Positions 36,847-47,166 of a stretch of 64,000 bases of DNA are shown piece after piece (positions within the stretch are counted from its first letter, which is position 1; each line of letters begins with the position of its first letter). The stretch comes from Terriglobia bacterium. GTDB taxonomy: Bacteria > Acidobacteriota > Terriglobia > 2-12-FULL-54-10. The stretch is taken from the NCBI GenBank assembly GCA_963666975.2, contig CAXVYR010000004.1:352001-416000 (forward strand), given 5' to 3'. The notes beneath the pieces are model-generated. The model ran no database searches. It saw nothing but the letters and a program-made list of their open reading frames with translations, and was not told where the DNA came from. A program made the position numbers and the translations under genes.

Positions 36847-37819
36847 TCCGGAACAGCCCGACATGGCTGCCGGCGGCTCCCCCGCCCCAGAACCTGTTTC
36901 CGATCAAAACACATCCGACCCCGATCCCTCCCCAAGCATAAGGGACGCATCCTCTTCGGGCCTGGCCGTGGAAGAGGAAGATATCTACGACTACGACTAT
37001 GGAGGAAAACCTCCCTCTCCACCCCCTGGAGGAGAATCGGGAAACGGCGGCAACGAACCTCCGGAAAATGAACCTCCGGATATGGGCAAGATGTCCTTTT
37101 TGGACCACCTGGAGGAGTTGCGGCGGCGCATCTTTCACTCTCTTTTCGGCATTCTCGGCGGCTTCCTTGTCTGCTGGACCTTTTCGGATCAGTTATACGC
37201 CGGGCTTGCACTTCCGCTCACGCGGATTCTTCAGGAACTGAACCTGCCGGACAAGCTTGTCTATACGAATCCAACCGCACCGTTCAACCTATATATCAAG
37301 CTGGCCTTCCTGGCCGGCATTTTTGTTGCCTCCCCGTTTCTTCTCTATCAGGTATGGAAGTTCATTTCACCGGGGCTGTACCCCAAGGAGAAGCGTTACG
37401 CAATCCCTTTCGTCCTGTTTTGTTCCCTGCTGTTTATTTCGGGCGGCGCCTTTGCTTATATGGTCGCATTTCCGGCGGCGCTTCGTTTTCTGCTGAACTT
37501 CGCGAGCCAATTCCAGCCGTTCATCACCGTCGATGAATATTTCAAGCTTGCCACCACCATTATTCTGGGGATGGCGCTCATCTTTGAGATGCCGATCCTG
37601 ATTGTGTTTTTGACCCTGCTGCGGGTAATGACACCGCAATTCCTGCTGCGGAATTTCCGTTACGCAGTTCTGCTGATCTGTGTCCTGGCAGCCGTCATCA
37701 CGCCCACTCCCGACATTCTCACCATGTCGCTTTTCGCTGCTCCCCTGATCGCTCTCTACTTCCTGGGCATCGGCCTGTCCTATCTGGTTCTCTGGAACCG
37801 AAAACGGAGCGAAGATTAG
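36830..37819 (+). CDS. tatC: Twin-arginine translocase TatC with Pro/acidic N-terminal extension
   Basis: MSFLDHLEELRRR, YQVWKFISPGLYPKEK, FEMP, AAVITPTPD. Confidence 0.94.
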   Translation: MPPSSDPEQPDMAAGGSPAPEPVSDQNTSDPDPSPSIRDASSSGLAVEEEDIYDYDYGGKPPSPPPGGESGNGGNEPPENEPPDMGKMSFLDHLEELRRRIFHSLFGILGGFLVCWTFSDQLYAGLALPLTRILQELNLPDKLVYTNPTAPFNLYIKLAFLAGIFVASPFLLYQVWKFISPGLYPKEKRYAIPFVLFCSLLFISGGAFAYMVAFPAALRFLLNFASQFQPFITVDEYFKLATTIILGMALIFEMPILIVFLTLLRVMTPQFLLRNFRYAVLLICVLAAVITPTPDILTMSLFAAPLIALYFLGIGLSYLVLWNRKRSED

Positions 37820-37821
37820 CC

Positions 37822-38748
37822 ATGTCCGCACGGCCGGCTCGCATGCGCAAACGCACCCGAACAACACTGGGAATTGCAATCCTTCTGGCAACCGTGCTTT
37901 TAGGCTGGGGGACTCTCTCTCTCAACAGGGCCGGCTTCAACGGGGAAGCCGCCTTGCAGTCAGTGGAAAGGATGGTCGCGTTCGGACCCCGGCCTCCCGG
38001 CTCGGAAGCCCACAGCAAGACACAAAGCTACATTACACAAGAGCTGGAGGCGGCCGGGTTGACCGTCGTGCAAGACCCGTTTACAGCAAACACCCCGGCG
38101 GGTCCAGTCTCCATGAACAATATCATTGGCCGAATTGCCGGCCGCAAAGAGCGTGTTCTTATGCTAGCGGCACACTACGACACAAAGGCGATGAACGATA
38201 CCCGGTTTCTTGGGGCCAACGACGGCGGATCGGGAACCGGACTGCTGTTGTCGCTGGCTCCGATGCTGGCCAAGCTGGACAATGATCACTCCATTTGGCT
38301 GGTGTTCCTGGACGGCGAGGAGGCTTTCGAGGAGTGGAGCGACACCGACTCACTCTACGGAAGCCGGCACTTGGTGGCAAGGCTTGCTCAGTCCGGGCTA
38401 CTTTCGAAGATCGGCGCCTTTGTGCTGGTTGATATGATTGGGGACTCCAGCCTGGACATCCGCCGCGACACCAACTCCACGCCCTGGCTGACGGATCTGG
38501 TCTGGGGCGTCGCCCGCCGCTTGGGCTATTCCCCGAATTTTCTAAACGCCGACATGACTATCCTCGACGACCACCTCCCGTTCGTCCAGGCCGGTGTCCC
38601 GTCAGTGGTTTTGATTGATCTCAATTACGGCTTCGGCAACCGCTTTTGGCACACGCCGCAAGATACCCTGGACAAGCTCAGCGCGGAAAGTTTCTCCAAG
38701 GTGGGCCACGTCCTGCTGGAAGTGGTGGCCGAATTGGACCAGGAATAA
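37822..38748 (+). CDS. M28-family peptidase / glutaminyl cyclase-like protein
   Basis: FGPRPPGS, AAHYDTK, GANDGGSG, LDGEEA, YGSR, DMIGD, DDHLPF, WHT.QDT. Confidence 0.85.
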   Translation: MSARPARMRKRTRTTLGIAILLATVLLGWGTLSLNRAGFNGEAALQSVERMVAFGPRPPGSEAHSKTQSYITQELEAAGLTVVQDPFTANTPAGPVSMNNIIGRIAGRKERVLMLAAHYDTKAMNDTRFLGANDGGSGTGLLLSLAPMLAKLDNDHSIWLVFLDGEEAFEEWSDTDSLYGSRHLVARLAQSGLLSKIGAFVLVDMIGDSSLDIRRDTNSTPWLTDLVWGVARRLGYSPNFLNADMTILDDHLPFVQAGVPSVVLIDLNYGFGNRFWHTPQDTLDKLSAESFSKVGHVLLEVVAELDQE

Positions 38749-38886
38749 GCATTCTGACACGCCAATAGCTTTCCAGGCGCAAACCAAATTTGTAAGAGCC
38801 ACTGCCTTCCTGCCCGGTCCCAGGCATAAGGCGTCCGGCTCGTGAGCAAGTTTGCATGAGGCCTGGAGAATGCGATAATTGCGAGG

Positions 38887-40047
38887 ATGAGAAAAAGAAC
38901 TGGCAGGAGACTTTCGCCTATTCGGGTGCGGGTTCCCGGAACGTCGTATCCAATCTTAATCCGGGAAGGCCTGCTCGCCGAGACTGGCGAGGTTTTGCGA
39001 AAGCTCGTCTCCCAGCGGAAGATTTTTATCCTGGCTGACACCACCGTCTGGCGGTTGTGGGGAAAACAACTTCTCCAATCGTTGGATGCTCCCAAAACTC
39101 CCGTCATCCTGGTTCCGAGCGGAGAGCGCTACAAGCGAATGGCTACGGTGGAAAAGATCGCCCAACAACTCTCCGCCCAGGGCGCCGAGCGTTCCAGTCT
39201 TCTCATTGCATTTGGCGGAGGAGTAACGGGAGATATCGGAGGCTTTGTCGCTTCCATCTTCCTGCGAGGAATCCCATACGTCCATATCCCCACCACGCTG
39301 CTGGCCCAAGTGGACAGCTCCATCGGAGGGAAAACCGGGGTCAACCTGCTGGCCGGGAAAAACCTGGTGGGGACATTCTGCCAGCCTCGGATGGTTCTGA
39401 CCGACCCTCGCCTGTTGCGGACTCTTCCCCGCCGCGAGCTGCGCGCTGGGTTGTTTGAAGCCCTCAAGTGCGCCGTGATCGGCGACCCCAAGCTGTTTGA
39501 ACTCCTCATCGCCAAGCGGTCCCGCATTCTCAGCGGGGAACCTGATGCCCTGCTCCCGGTAATCCGTGCCTGTGTCGCGCTGAAGAGCCGTGTGGTTTCG
39601 CTCGATGAAAAGGAGGGAGACCTGCGGCGCATTCTGAATTTCGGCCACACTATCGGCCACGCCCTGGAAGCGGCCACAGGATATCGCCGGTTCTTGCACG
39701 GAGAAGCGGTTGCCTGGGGAATGCTGGCAGCCACGCAACTGGCTGTCCAGGCCGGTCAACTGGCCAGTTCGCTAGGGGACCGGATTTGCTCGTTCATCGT
39801 TTCCTACGGTCCGGTGCCATCGCTCGGAGGAGTTGACCTTGCCGCCGTCTGCCGCCATCTGAGCGCCGACAAAAAAGTCCGCCGAGGGGTGATCCACTTT
39901 GTACTGCCCCGCCGAATCGGGGCGGTGAGGATCGTCTCCGGGGTCTCAGAGAAGCAGGTCCTGGGTGTATTAAAGAACCTGATCGAGACCGACCCTTTTG
40001 GACGCCCAGCCCGGCGACAGTCTCGGAGCCCCGCAGGCAAGCAGTGA
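38887..40047 (+). CDS. aroB: 3-dehydroquinate synthase
   Basis: GE.YK, GGGVTGD, PTTLLAQVDSSIGGKTGVN, KNLVG, LNFGHTIGHALE, HGEAV. Confidence 0.97.
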   Translation: MRKRTGRRLSPIRVRVPGTSYPILIREGLLAETGEVLRKLVSQRKIFILADTTVWRLWGKQLLQSLDAPKTPVILVPSGERYKRMATVEKIAQQLSAQGAERSSLLIAFGGGVTGDIGGFVASIFLRGIPYVHIPTTLLAQVDSSIGGKTGVNLLAGKNLVGTFCQPRMVLTDPRLLRTLPRRELRAGLFEALKCAVIGDPKLFELLIAKRSRILSGEPDALLPVIRACVALKSRVVSLDEKEGDLRRILNFGHTIGHALEAATGYRRFLHGEAVAWGMLAATQLAVQAGQLASSLGDRICSFIVSYGPVPSLGGVDLAAVCRHLSADKKVRRGVIHFVLPRRIGAVRIVSGVSEKQVLGVLKNLIETDPFGRPARRQSRSPAGKQ

Positions 40048-40820
40048 AAAACACTCCCCGCCAACCCGCGCCGGGCACGCAGCCGCAGGGAACAACGGAT
40101 GAAGCCTCAGCTTCCCGGTACGTCCGCAGGCTGTTCTCCGACATCGCGCCCCGCTACGATCTGCTGAACCATCTTCTCTCGTTTCAGGTGGACCGCTATT
40201 GGCGCAGAGTCACTACCCGGCAGTTCCGCCATCTGCTTTCCAATCCCGCCGCCCGCGTGCTGGACCTTTGTTGCGGCACGGCAGACCTGAGCATGGCCCT
40301 GGCTCGGCGCGGCAGCGCGCAGGTGATCGCCAGCGACTTCTCCCACCCCATGCTCACGCTCGCTCAGCATAAATTAAACAACAGACAGCACCGTGACGGC
40401 CCGCCGCCCCTGCTGGCGGAGGCCGATGCGCTGCAACTTCCCTTTTCCGATAATTCGTTTGACCTGGTTACCTGTGCCTTCGGGTTTCGCAATCTCGCCA
40501 ACTATGGCGCGGGTTTGAAGGAAATCTGGAGGGTGCTTCGTACCGGAGGAGAGGTTGGCATTCTGGAATTCGCCGAGCCCGCCGGTCCGCTGATGGCTCC
40601 GCTTTACTCATTCTATCTGCACCGCGTCTTGCCGGCTATCGGCGAGCGGGTCTCCGGCGTTCGCGGCTCTTATAGTTACCTTCCCGGGTCCGTCGACCGT
40701 TTTCCCGCCAAAGAGGAATTCACCGAACAGATGCGGGAGATTGGTTGGGGTGGATTACACAGGAGAGAGTTGACCTGGGGAATCGCGGTTCTTTATACGG
40801 GCAAAAAAAACGCCCGCTGA
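40044..40820 (+). CDS. menG: Demethylmenaquinone / UbiE-family methyltransferase
   Basis: FSDIAPRYDLLNHLLS, LDLCCGTAD, DALQLPF, FGFRN, YSYLPGSV. Confidence 0.88.
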   Translation: MKNTPRQPAPGTQPQGTTDEASASRYVRRLFSDIAPRYDLLNHLLSFQVDRYWRRVTTRQFRHLLSNPAARVLDLCCGTADLSMALARRGSAQVIASDFSHPMLTLAQHKLNNRQHRDGPPPLLAEADALQLPFSDNSFDLVTCAFGFRNLANYGAGLKEIWRVLRTGGEVGILEFAEPAGPLMAPLYSFYLHRVLPAIGERVSGVRGSYSYLPGSVDRFPAKEEFTEQMREIGWGGLHRRELTWGIAVLYTGKKNAR

Positions 40821-40892
40821 GAAATCATGTTCCGAAACCGGAACAGCTTTTCCTGCAGCGGGCTTCCGATCGTTTCCAATAAAGATGGATGA

Positions 40893-41483
40893 TCAACGCG
40901 ACCAGCCGACGGGCAGGCCCTCGCGGCGCAGTTCCTCTTCCAGGGCCGTAATAGCAGCTTTTTTCTGCTCCACGACGGCCCTCTGAGTCTCCATATCTTG
41001 CACCCGCTGGTTGATCTCGCCCCGTTCATGCTGCTCTCGCATGGCCACATTGGGATCGGAATAGTACTGGACCTGCATCAGGTTCAACTCCCGCTGCATG
41101 ACGTCCAGCTTCCGCTCCTCATAGGAGAGTTCCTCCCGCAGTTGCGCAAATTTATCGCGGTATTCTTTGTCCAGTCGGGCTCGCTCTTCTCTCGCCGACT
41201 CGGCCGTCCCGGCTTCTGTCGTATCGGCGGCATCCATTTGCTCTTCGCCCTCCGGCTTCTGCGCTTCAGCGGCGGGGGTGGCAGGCCGGCTGCTGGACGA
41301 CCGGGAAATCTGATCGTTGGTAAACACCTTGACGGCCTTGCCCTGCTGCTCTTTCCGGGCCCTCTGCTGGCGGGCCAGTTCTACAAGCGACTGGCCGTAC
41401 AGCGTCCCATGAAACGCCAATCCCAGGAAGATCACCAGGAAACTCACAAGAAGTGTTTTGACCTGTTTTTTGCTATTTTTCAT
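40893..41483 (-). CDS. Secreted coiled-coil hypothetical protein
   Basis: Signal peptide, QSLVELARQ..KVFTND, long E/R/Q coiled coil, ending LRREGLPVGWSR. Confidence 0.7.
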   Translation of the reverse strand: MKNSKKQVKTLLVSFLVIFLGLAFHGTLYGQSLVELARQQRARKEQQGKAVKVFTNDQISRSSSSRPATPAAEAQKPEGEEQMDAADTTEAGTAESAREERARLDKEYRDKFAQLREELSYEERKLDVMQRELNLMQVQYYSDPNVAMREQHERGEINQRVQDMETQRAVVEQKKAAITALEEELRREGLPVGWSR

Positions 41484-41640
41484 AGTCTCACCCGATAGTC
41501 ACACCCGGGGGAATGCCCTCCATCCTCTATGAGTGAGTCTACGCCCCCCAGGTTGCCTAAATCAAGCAGATTGGCTGGCTGCACCTTCACCAAATCGACA
41601 CATCCAGGCTACGCCTGGCGCTGCTGCCGGTCCCATGCCG

Positions 41641-42465
41641 TCAGGAAAAAAAGCCCAGGTACCAAAACAATATCTGCTTTCCCCACACCGCCGACACCAG
41701 GGCCGCTATTCCCAAAAAAGTGCCGAAGGGAAGTTCATATGCCGTCCCTTTGCGAAAACCAACAATGAAGATTAGCCCCAAAATCGCCCCGCTCACCGAA
41801 CCTAGCAGGATCGTCAGCATCGCCAGCCTGGGACCCAGAAAAAAGCCCACCATCGCCATCATCTTCACGTCGCCCAGACCCATCCCTTCCTGGTGGCGCA
41901 ACCGGAAGTACACCTCCCCCAGCAGGTAAAGCGATCCGCCGCCCAGCGCAGCCCCCAGCACGGAATCGAGCAAGGAGGCGTGCATCATGCGAATTTGCTC
42001 CATACCGGCCAGCCGCGCCAGAAAAAAGCCGCTGCCGTCGTCCACAGGAACCATCTGGCTGAAGAACAATCCCAAGGCCATGCCCGGAAACGTAATCAGA
42101 TCGGGCAACAGCCGTTCCTGCCAGTCCGTCACCACTAATACAACCAGCAAAACTCCCAGCACCACGTATTTTGCAAGTAACGCAGTCAGCCCGAAAACAG
42201 AGAATAGAAACAGGAACAGCAAACCCGTAGTCAGTTCGACGGAAAAGTAGAGGGGCGAGATGCGGACTCGGCAATAGCGGCATCTGCCTTGCAACAGAAG
42301 GTAACTGAACAGAGGAATGTTGTCATACGCCGCGATGGGATGGTTGCAGGCGGGACAACGGGAACGAGGCGAGACGACCGACTCGCCACGGGGAAGGCGA
42401 TGGATGCAGACATTCAGAAAACTGCCGATAGTCAGCCCGAACAGGAATAGGAACGCTGGAATCAC
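41641..42465 (-). CDS. pilD: Prepilin peptidase (A24A)
   Basis: GSFLNVCIHRLP, PRSRCPAC, DNIP, GRCRYC, GMGLGDVK, LPFGTFL. Confidence 0.93.
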   Translation of the reverse strand: MIPAFLFLFGLTIGSFLNVCIHRLPRGESVVSPRSRCPACNHPIAAYDNIPLFSYLLLQGRCRYCRVRISPLYFSVELTTGLLFLFLFSVFGLTALLAKYVVLGVLLVVLVVTDWQERLLPDLITFPGMALGLFFSQMVPVDDGSGFFLARLAGMEQIRMMHASLLDSVLGAALGGGSLYLLGEVYFRLRHQEGMGLGDVKMMAMVGFFLGPRLAMLTILLGSVSGAILGLIFIVGFRKGTAYELPFGTFLGIAALVSAVWGKQILFWYLGFFS

Positions 42466-43589
42466 GCTCTGTTTCGGTTGCTCCCTTGCAAAAGTTCTGC
42501 GTAAACGGCGGCTGTCCGGCTGGCCATTATATCAGTGGTGGCATGGGTCATCACGAACCTTCGTCCGGCGTCGGCCAGCCGCTGGCGCGTCCTCGCCGAG
42601 TCCCGAAGCAAGCGAATGGCGGGAGGCAGTTCGCTCTTCCAATCCTTGCCTGCCAGGAGCCCCTCCTCCATATGGCGCACGATCTCCGGTATGCCTCCCA
42701 CATTGCTGGCTACAACGGGCAGATTGTATGCCATAGCCAGCAGAATCGCCGAGCCTAACCCCTCGGATTTACTCAAGTACAAAAACATGTCCAGCGACCC
42801 CAGAAAGGCACTTAAGTCCTCGCCGAGCCGGACAATCTGAAAGCGTTTCTCCACGCCGCGCTTCCTGGCGTGTTCGAGAAGGACTTTTTCGGCAGCTTGC
42901 TGGTCCGCGTCCGACTCTGGAAGACCGAGCCCCGGAGTCCCAAGCCAAAGCTGCATTGTGGAAGGCAGATTCACCAGCAGGTCCACGCTATCCTGCAAAA
43001 GCTTCTCGGGAGCTATCGTCGCCAATGTTCCGATCAGAAAGGTTTGCTCCCCCACTCCAAAGCGGCGGCGCAGCTCGCTGCTATTCCCGGAACCCGCGGG
43101 CAAACGGGGAAGCTTCACCCCGTCCAGAACCACGTGAATCTTTTCTTCCGGCACGCTAGCCTGGAGAAGCTGCTGGCGGACATAATCCGAAACGGCGATA
43201 TAAGCGTCGGCGGCGCCGTACTTGAGACGGCTGAAAAACCCAATCGGATAGGCCACTCGCCGGGATACAACCAGACGGGGCCAGGACTTTTTGCTTCTGC
43301 CGATGCCTGCCAGCCACGCCAGCGAATGTCCGCGGGCATCATGCGCATGAAGCAGATCAAACCGGACGGCCTTCTGAGGGAGACCCCGAAGGTTCGCAAA
43401 AGACATGGCTTGCGGAGACAGTTCCGCAACCTCCAGCCCTGCTTTGCGAGTCCGCTCCGCCAGAGGGGAGCTGCTCGGGGCCAGCAGCAACTGTTCATGG
43501 CCGAGGTCCCGCAGTCCTTCCATCAGCCAGAAAAGTTGTTGCTGTCCACCGCGCCATCCTTTGCCGGTGTCCAGGTGCAGTATCTTCAT
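42462..43589 (-). CDS. Glycosyltransferase family 4
   Basis: HLDTGKGWRGGQQQ, SEGLGSAILLAMA..LPVVASNVGGIPE. Confidence 0.9.
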   Translation of the reverse strand: MKILHLDTGKGWRGGQQQLFWLMEGLRDLGHEQLLLAPSSSPLAERTRKAGLEVAELSPQAMSFANLRGLPQKAVRFDLLHAHDARGHSLAWLAGIGRSKKSWPRLVVSRRVAYPIGFFSRLKYGAADAYIAVSDYVRQQLLQASVPEEKIHVVLDGVKLPRLPAGSGNSSELRRRFGVGEQTFLIGTLATIAPEKLLQDSVDLLVNLPSTMQLWLGTPGLGLPESDADQQAAEKVLLEHARKRGVEKRFQIVRLGEDLSAFLGSLDMFLYLSKSEGLGSAILLAMAYNLPVVASNVGGIPEIVRHMEEGLLAGKDWKSELPPAIRLLRDSARTRQRLADAGRRFVMTHATTDIMASRTAAVYAELLQGSNRNRA

Positions 43590-43662
43590 TATTATTTTTT
43601 GCTCTGATCCACGGTTCCTGTTTGAAGATCGGCGGCACTTTTCATTGCTTCCTCTTCATTCT

Positions 43663-44466
43663 TTACCCTTCCATTCCTGCCTCCGTCCCTTTGTGGACCA
43701 TCTGCCAAAGTTTCGCATACTTCAAGAAAACATAGAAGGCGGCCATGCCGGCAATCACCAATCCCGGAAAACCGTCCCGAAAGCCCTGCCGGAAAAGATA
43801 GGACTCCAGAAACTTCCAGGGAGGCATCGCCGCCAAACGGGGCAGTATCCAGCCAGCACGACCATCTCCAGTACTTCGATCCCCAGCACCACGATCTAAT
43901 ACCTCCTGGGCCGCCAGCGTAGTGTAGCGGTCCAGCGTTTGGAGATGTTCGCCGAGCGAATCACATGTATAGTGCCGCAGGTCTCCCTTGAGTTTTCTTG
44001 TCTGCCCCTGCACCTCCACATGCTCATGCACGTAATCGCCGACCCATTGTCCCCGCCGTCGGTCGTAGAGCCGCAACTTGAAATCCGGATACCAGCCGGA
44101 ATGGCGAATCCAGCGCCCCAGGTAACGAGCCGCCCGTGGCATCAGAAATCCCGCCGCTTCCCCCGGACCTTTCTGCTTGAGTTGCAGCAGTTCGTCAGCC
44201 AGTTCCGGACTGAGCGCTTCGTCGGCATCGAGGCTGAGAATCCAAGGATAGGCGGCCTGGGACGCGGCGTAATTTTTCTGCCGTGCGTAACCCTCCCACG
44301 GGTGTGAGAACAGACGCACTCCGTAGCGGCTGGCAATTTCCAGCGTCCCATCCGTGCTGCCGCAATCGACCACCAGCACCTCGTCCGCCACCGACAGGGA
44401 CTCCAGGGCGCGCGCCAAGCGGCGCTCCTCGTTGAGCGTGATGAGAACGGCGGAAATTTCCATCAT
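43663..44466 (-). CDS. Glycosyltransferase family 2 (WaaE/LgtF-like LPS beta-glucosyltransferase)
   Basis: ITLNEE, VDCGSTDGT, GYARQKN, WILSLDADE, GWYPD, VHE, GFRDG. Confidence 0.88.
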   Translation of the reverse strand: MMEISAVLITLNEERRLARALESLSVADEVLVVDCGSTDGTLEIASRYGVRLFSHPWEGYARQKNYAASQAAYPWILSLDADEALSPELADELLQLKQKGPGEAAGFLMPRAARYLGRWIRHSGWYPDFKLRLYDRRRGQWVGDYVHEHVEVQGQTRKLKGDLRHYTCDSLGEHLQTLDRYTTLAAQEVLDRGAGDRSTGDGRAGWILPRLAAMPPWKFLESYLFRQGFRDGFPGLVIAGMAAFYVFLKYAKLWQMVHKGTEAGMEG

Positions 44467-44530
44467 CGGTCGCCCGGCCAGAAAAATAAATACTGCATAA
44501 TAACTGACGAGATGTGCTTCCCTGCATCCT

Positions 44531-45865
44531 TCATGAATATGTCATTAAAATCCGAAGGTCGCGGACATTAGTTCCCGTGGGGCCCGTCACCACCGTGTCC
44601 CCTAGCTTCTCGAAAAAGCGGTAGGAGTTCCCTTCCCTCAAAAAACTTTCCGGGGCTAACTCCAGCCTTGCCGCGCGCCCGGCGCTGTCGCCGTCGGCGA
44701 TAGCGCCGCAGGCCGGGCTATTGCCGTCGATGCCGTCCGTACCTGCGCTCAGAACTACAATCGGTTGTCCTGCAATCTTGGCGACGCAATCCAGGACAAA
44801 CGCCTGGTTCCGTCCTCCCAAGCCCTCGCCCGAAACCGGGCAGCTCAACTCCCCTCCGCTCACTACAACCACTGGATGTCCGGGATGCTGCTTTCTCAAG
44901 GCTCCGAGACGCGCCAGCAGATGATCCGCAGCCTGGCGGTATTCCCAGTCATCGCAACTTAAGTCCGTCTCTGCCCTGAGGCCCTTTGCCTGGGCGAGTT
45001 CCGCAAGTTTCCCCACGCCTTCCCGGTTCGACAGCAAACAATAATAACTGCTCCGCGCAAAAATAGGGTTCCCCGGTTTGGGAGTCTCGGCAATATCCCC
45101 AGAGTTAAACACGGCGCGGATTGAGCCGGGAAACTTCGGGAGCAGATCGTAGGAAGCCGCAATGCGGCGGCAATCCTCCACCGTGGATTCATCCGGCATA
45201 GTGGGACCGGAAGCGACCGTCGAGGGCAGATGGTCTGGGACATCGGAAACATAAAGGGTCACCTGGGTCGCCGGGGCGGCTCGCTCGGCCAGCCGCCCGC
45301 CTTTCACCGCCGAAAAATGCTTGCGAAGCACGTTGATCTCGTAGATGGATGCTCCGCAGGTGACGAGCACTTCATGGAATCTGTGGAGGTCTTCGGCAGA
45401 AACCGACGGACAGAGCGACTTCTCCAGGAGCGCGGAACCGCCTCCTGAAATCAAAAAAAGGACCGCGTTGTCCCTGGAACAGTTTTCGAGAAACGCCAGA
45501 GTCGCTTCGGCGGCCCGGCAGCTTTGCGCATTGGGATAAGGATGCCCCCCCTGAAAAAACTCGAATGCCGGACTGTCCCCGCCTGGAGGCGGCGCTGTAT
45601 TGGGAGCCACAACCACGCCGCGCAGGCCGGTACCGGCAAGTGATTCTGCCGCAACCTCAGCCATCTCCCGGGCAGCCTTCCCGAAGGAAACTACTCGAAT
45701 GCTCTGGAATCGACCCTCAGGATAACTTTCCCCAGCGATCTCCAAAACACCGTTGCGGAGACGGAGCGCCTCCCGCAGCCGCGGGCCGACATCGAGATGC
45801 CGAAGTGTTTCCAGCAGAAGGTTGCGGCAAAGGTCTCTGGCTTCCGCGCTGTTTATGCCCGGCAT
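44531..45865 (-). CDS. Glycerate kinase type 2 (DUF4147/MOFRL)
   Basis: FGKAA, GGHPYP, LISGGGSAL, RKHFSAVKGG, SDV, ASGPT, GGRNQ, GTDGIDG, TGPTGTNVRD. Confidence 0.9.
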   Translation of the reverse strand: MPGINSAEARDLCRNLLLETLRHLDVGPRLREALRLRNGVLEIAGESYPEGRFQSIRVVSFGKAAREMAEVAAESLAGTGLRGVVVAPNTAPPPGGDSPAFEFFQGGHPYPNAQSCRAAEATLAFLENCSRDNAVLFLISGGGSALLEKSLCPSVSAEDLHRFHEVLVTCGASIYEINVLRKHFSAVKGGRLAERAAPATQVTLYVSDVPDHLPSTVASGPTMPDESTVEDCRRIAASYDLLPKFPGSIRAVFNSGDIAETPKPGNPIFARSSYYCLLSNREGVGKLAELAQAKGLRAETDLSCDDWEYRQAADHLLARLGALRKQHPGHPVVVVSGGELSCPVSGEGLGGRNQAFVLDCVAKIAGQPIVVLSAGTDGIDGNSPACGAIADGDSAGRAARLELAPESFLREGNSYRFFEKLGDTVVTGPTGTNVRDLRILMTYS

Positions 45866-46039
45866 CTTTATTTCTCGCTTGTCATTTCTCTCTCGTCCGG
45901 CAAGATTATAGCGGGCTGAATCACAAAAGTGGGCACACAAAAGCTTTTCTTCCTGGAAAGTTCCAAGAACGTTCTTGCTTGTGTTTTTACCTTTCTACTG
46001 AGAAAAAACAGGGGGCGGGACAGGAAAGCTGAAAGAATC

Positions 46040-46663
46040 TCATCGTCTGCGGGGGCGGGACCCACCGGCAGGCAACGCGCTGAGGTCGTTGAGCAATTTC
46101 CGCTCTTCCGAGTTGAAGCGGCGCTGGATCTCAGGCCGGGCGATGTAGGTTTTGCGTTCGTCGAGAGACATTCTCTGGAGGCGGCGAAACTCCTGGATCA
46201 CAGCTTGACGGCGTTCTGCCGGAAGGCCGCGCCAATGCTGGCTGTAAATTTCCCGGGCCCTGCGGCGCTGGTCCGGCGTGAGTCTTCGAAAATTTTCGTA
46301 CCGCTGCTCGATTCGCCCCCTCTGCTCGGGTGACAACGCTTGAAAGCGGCGCAAGCGCTCCAGCAACTGTTCTTTCCGTTCCTTTGGGAGCCGCTGGAAT
46401 CGCTCGTTATTCCGGAGCACTTTCTCCTGTTCCTCCGGAGGGAGCTTGCGCAGCCTCTCTAACAGCTGGGGGGGCAGAGGCCCCCGACCGCGGCGTCCGG
46501 GCCTGCTGTCTGGACGAGGTCTCCGCTGCTGAGCCAGACGGAAAACGCTCCTCTCCCTTGCCGGAGCATGGAGGCCGGACGGATTTTCGCCCCATCCGTC
46601 TGCGCCGAGTTCCGCAACCGGGACCAGACTAACCAGCAGGGTAAAGGAAAAAATAAATCTCAT
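46040..46663 (-). CDS. DUF3106-like periplasmic helical-repeat protein
   Basis: Signal peptide, repeated F..LPPEEQ/LSPEQR/LTPDQR units; third gene of the ECF operon. Confidence 0.75.
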   Translation of the reverse strand: MRFIFSFTLLVSLVPVAELGADGWGENPSGLHAPARERSVFRLAQQRRPRPDSRPGRRGRGPLPPQLLERLRKLPPEEQEKVLRNNERFQRLPKERKEQLLERLRRFQALSPEQRGRIEQRYENFRRLTPDQRRRAREIYSQHWRGLPAERRQAVIQEFRRLQRMSLDERKTYIARPEIQRRFNSEERKLLNDLSALPAGGSRPRRR

Positions 46664-47166
46664 GGCTGTGATACGCTCGCAATGCTCAATTCTTGCAGCA
46701 CTTCAAAATTTCTCAAAAGTTCCCAATCTTCCAAAACAGGCACCAGCTCATCCATCTCGATAGCCATGCTGGCCACCATCGGTTGCTGCTCCCGGCTCGC
46801 CAAGTTTTCGCTCGTGGAGGGTGGATAGCCTACCAAGACCACCGCCAGAAAAATCACGGCAACCATCGCTGTGGCAAAAGCCGGCCTTCCCAGCGGCAGG
46901 TTTCGCAAGGCGCTCCCGAGACCTGCCAGCCATCCTGCCGAGACGGCGTCTTGCTCGATGCGCCGCTCCAGGCGGGCGTTGAAGAAAGGAGAAGGCTCGA
47001 TGCCCTCCCATGCATCCAGCAGTCCGAACACTTCCGTGAACCTCTTCGCTTGCTCCGCGCAGGAAGAACAAGCACGCAGGTGGGACTCCACCTCCGCCCG
47101 TTCGCGAGGGACCAGCTTTCCATCCATGAAGGGAATCAGGAAGCCTTCGGCTTTGTTGCATTTCAT
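46660..47166 (-). CDS. Zinc-finger (ZAS, zf-HC2) anti-sigma factor
   Basis: HLRACSSC (HxxxCxxC) plus one TM segment; ATGA overlap with the sigma gene. Confidence 0.88.
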   Translation of the reverse strand: MKCNKAEGFLIPFMDGKLVPRERAEVESHLRACSSCAEQAKRFTEVFGLLDAWEGIEPSPFFNARLERRIEQDAVSAGWLAGLGSALRNLPLGRPAFATAMVAVIFLAVVLVGYPPSTSENLASREQQPMVASMAIEMDELVPVLEDWELLRNFEVLQELSIASVSQP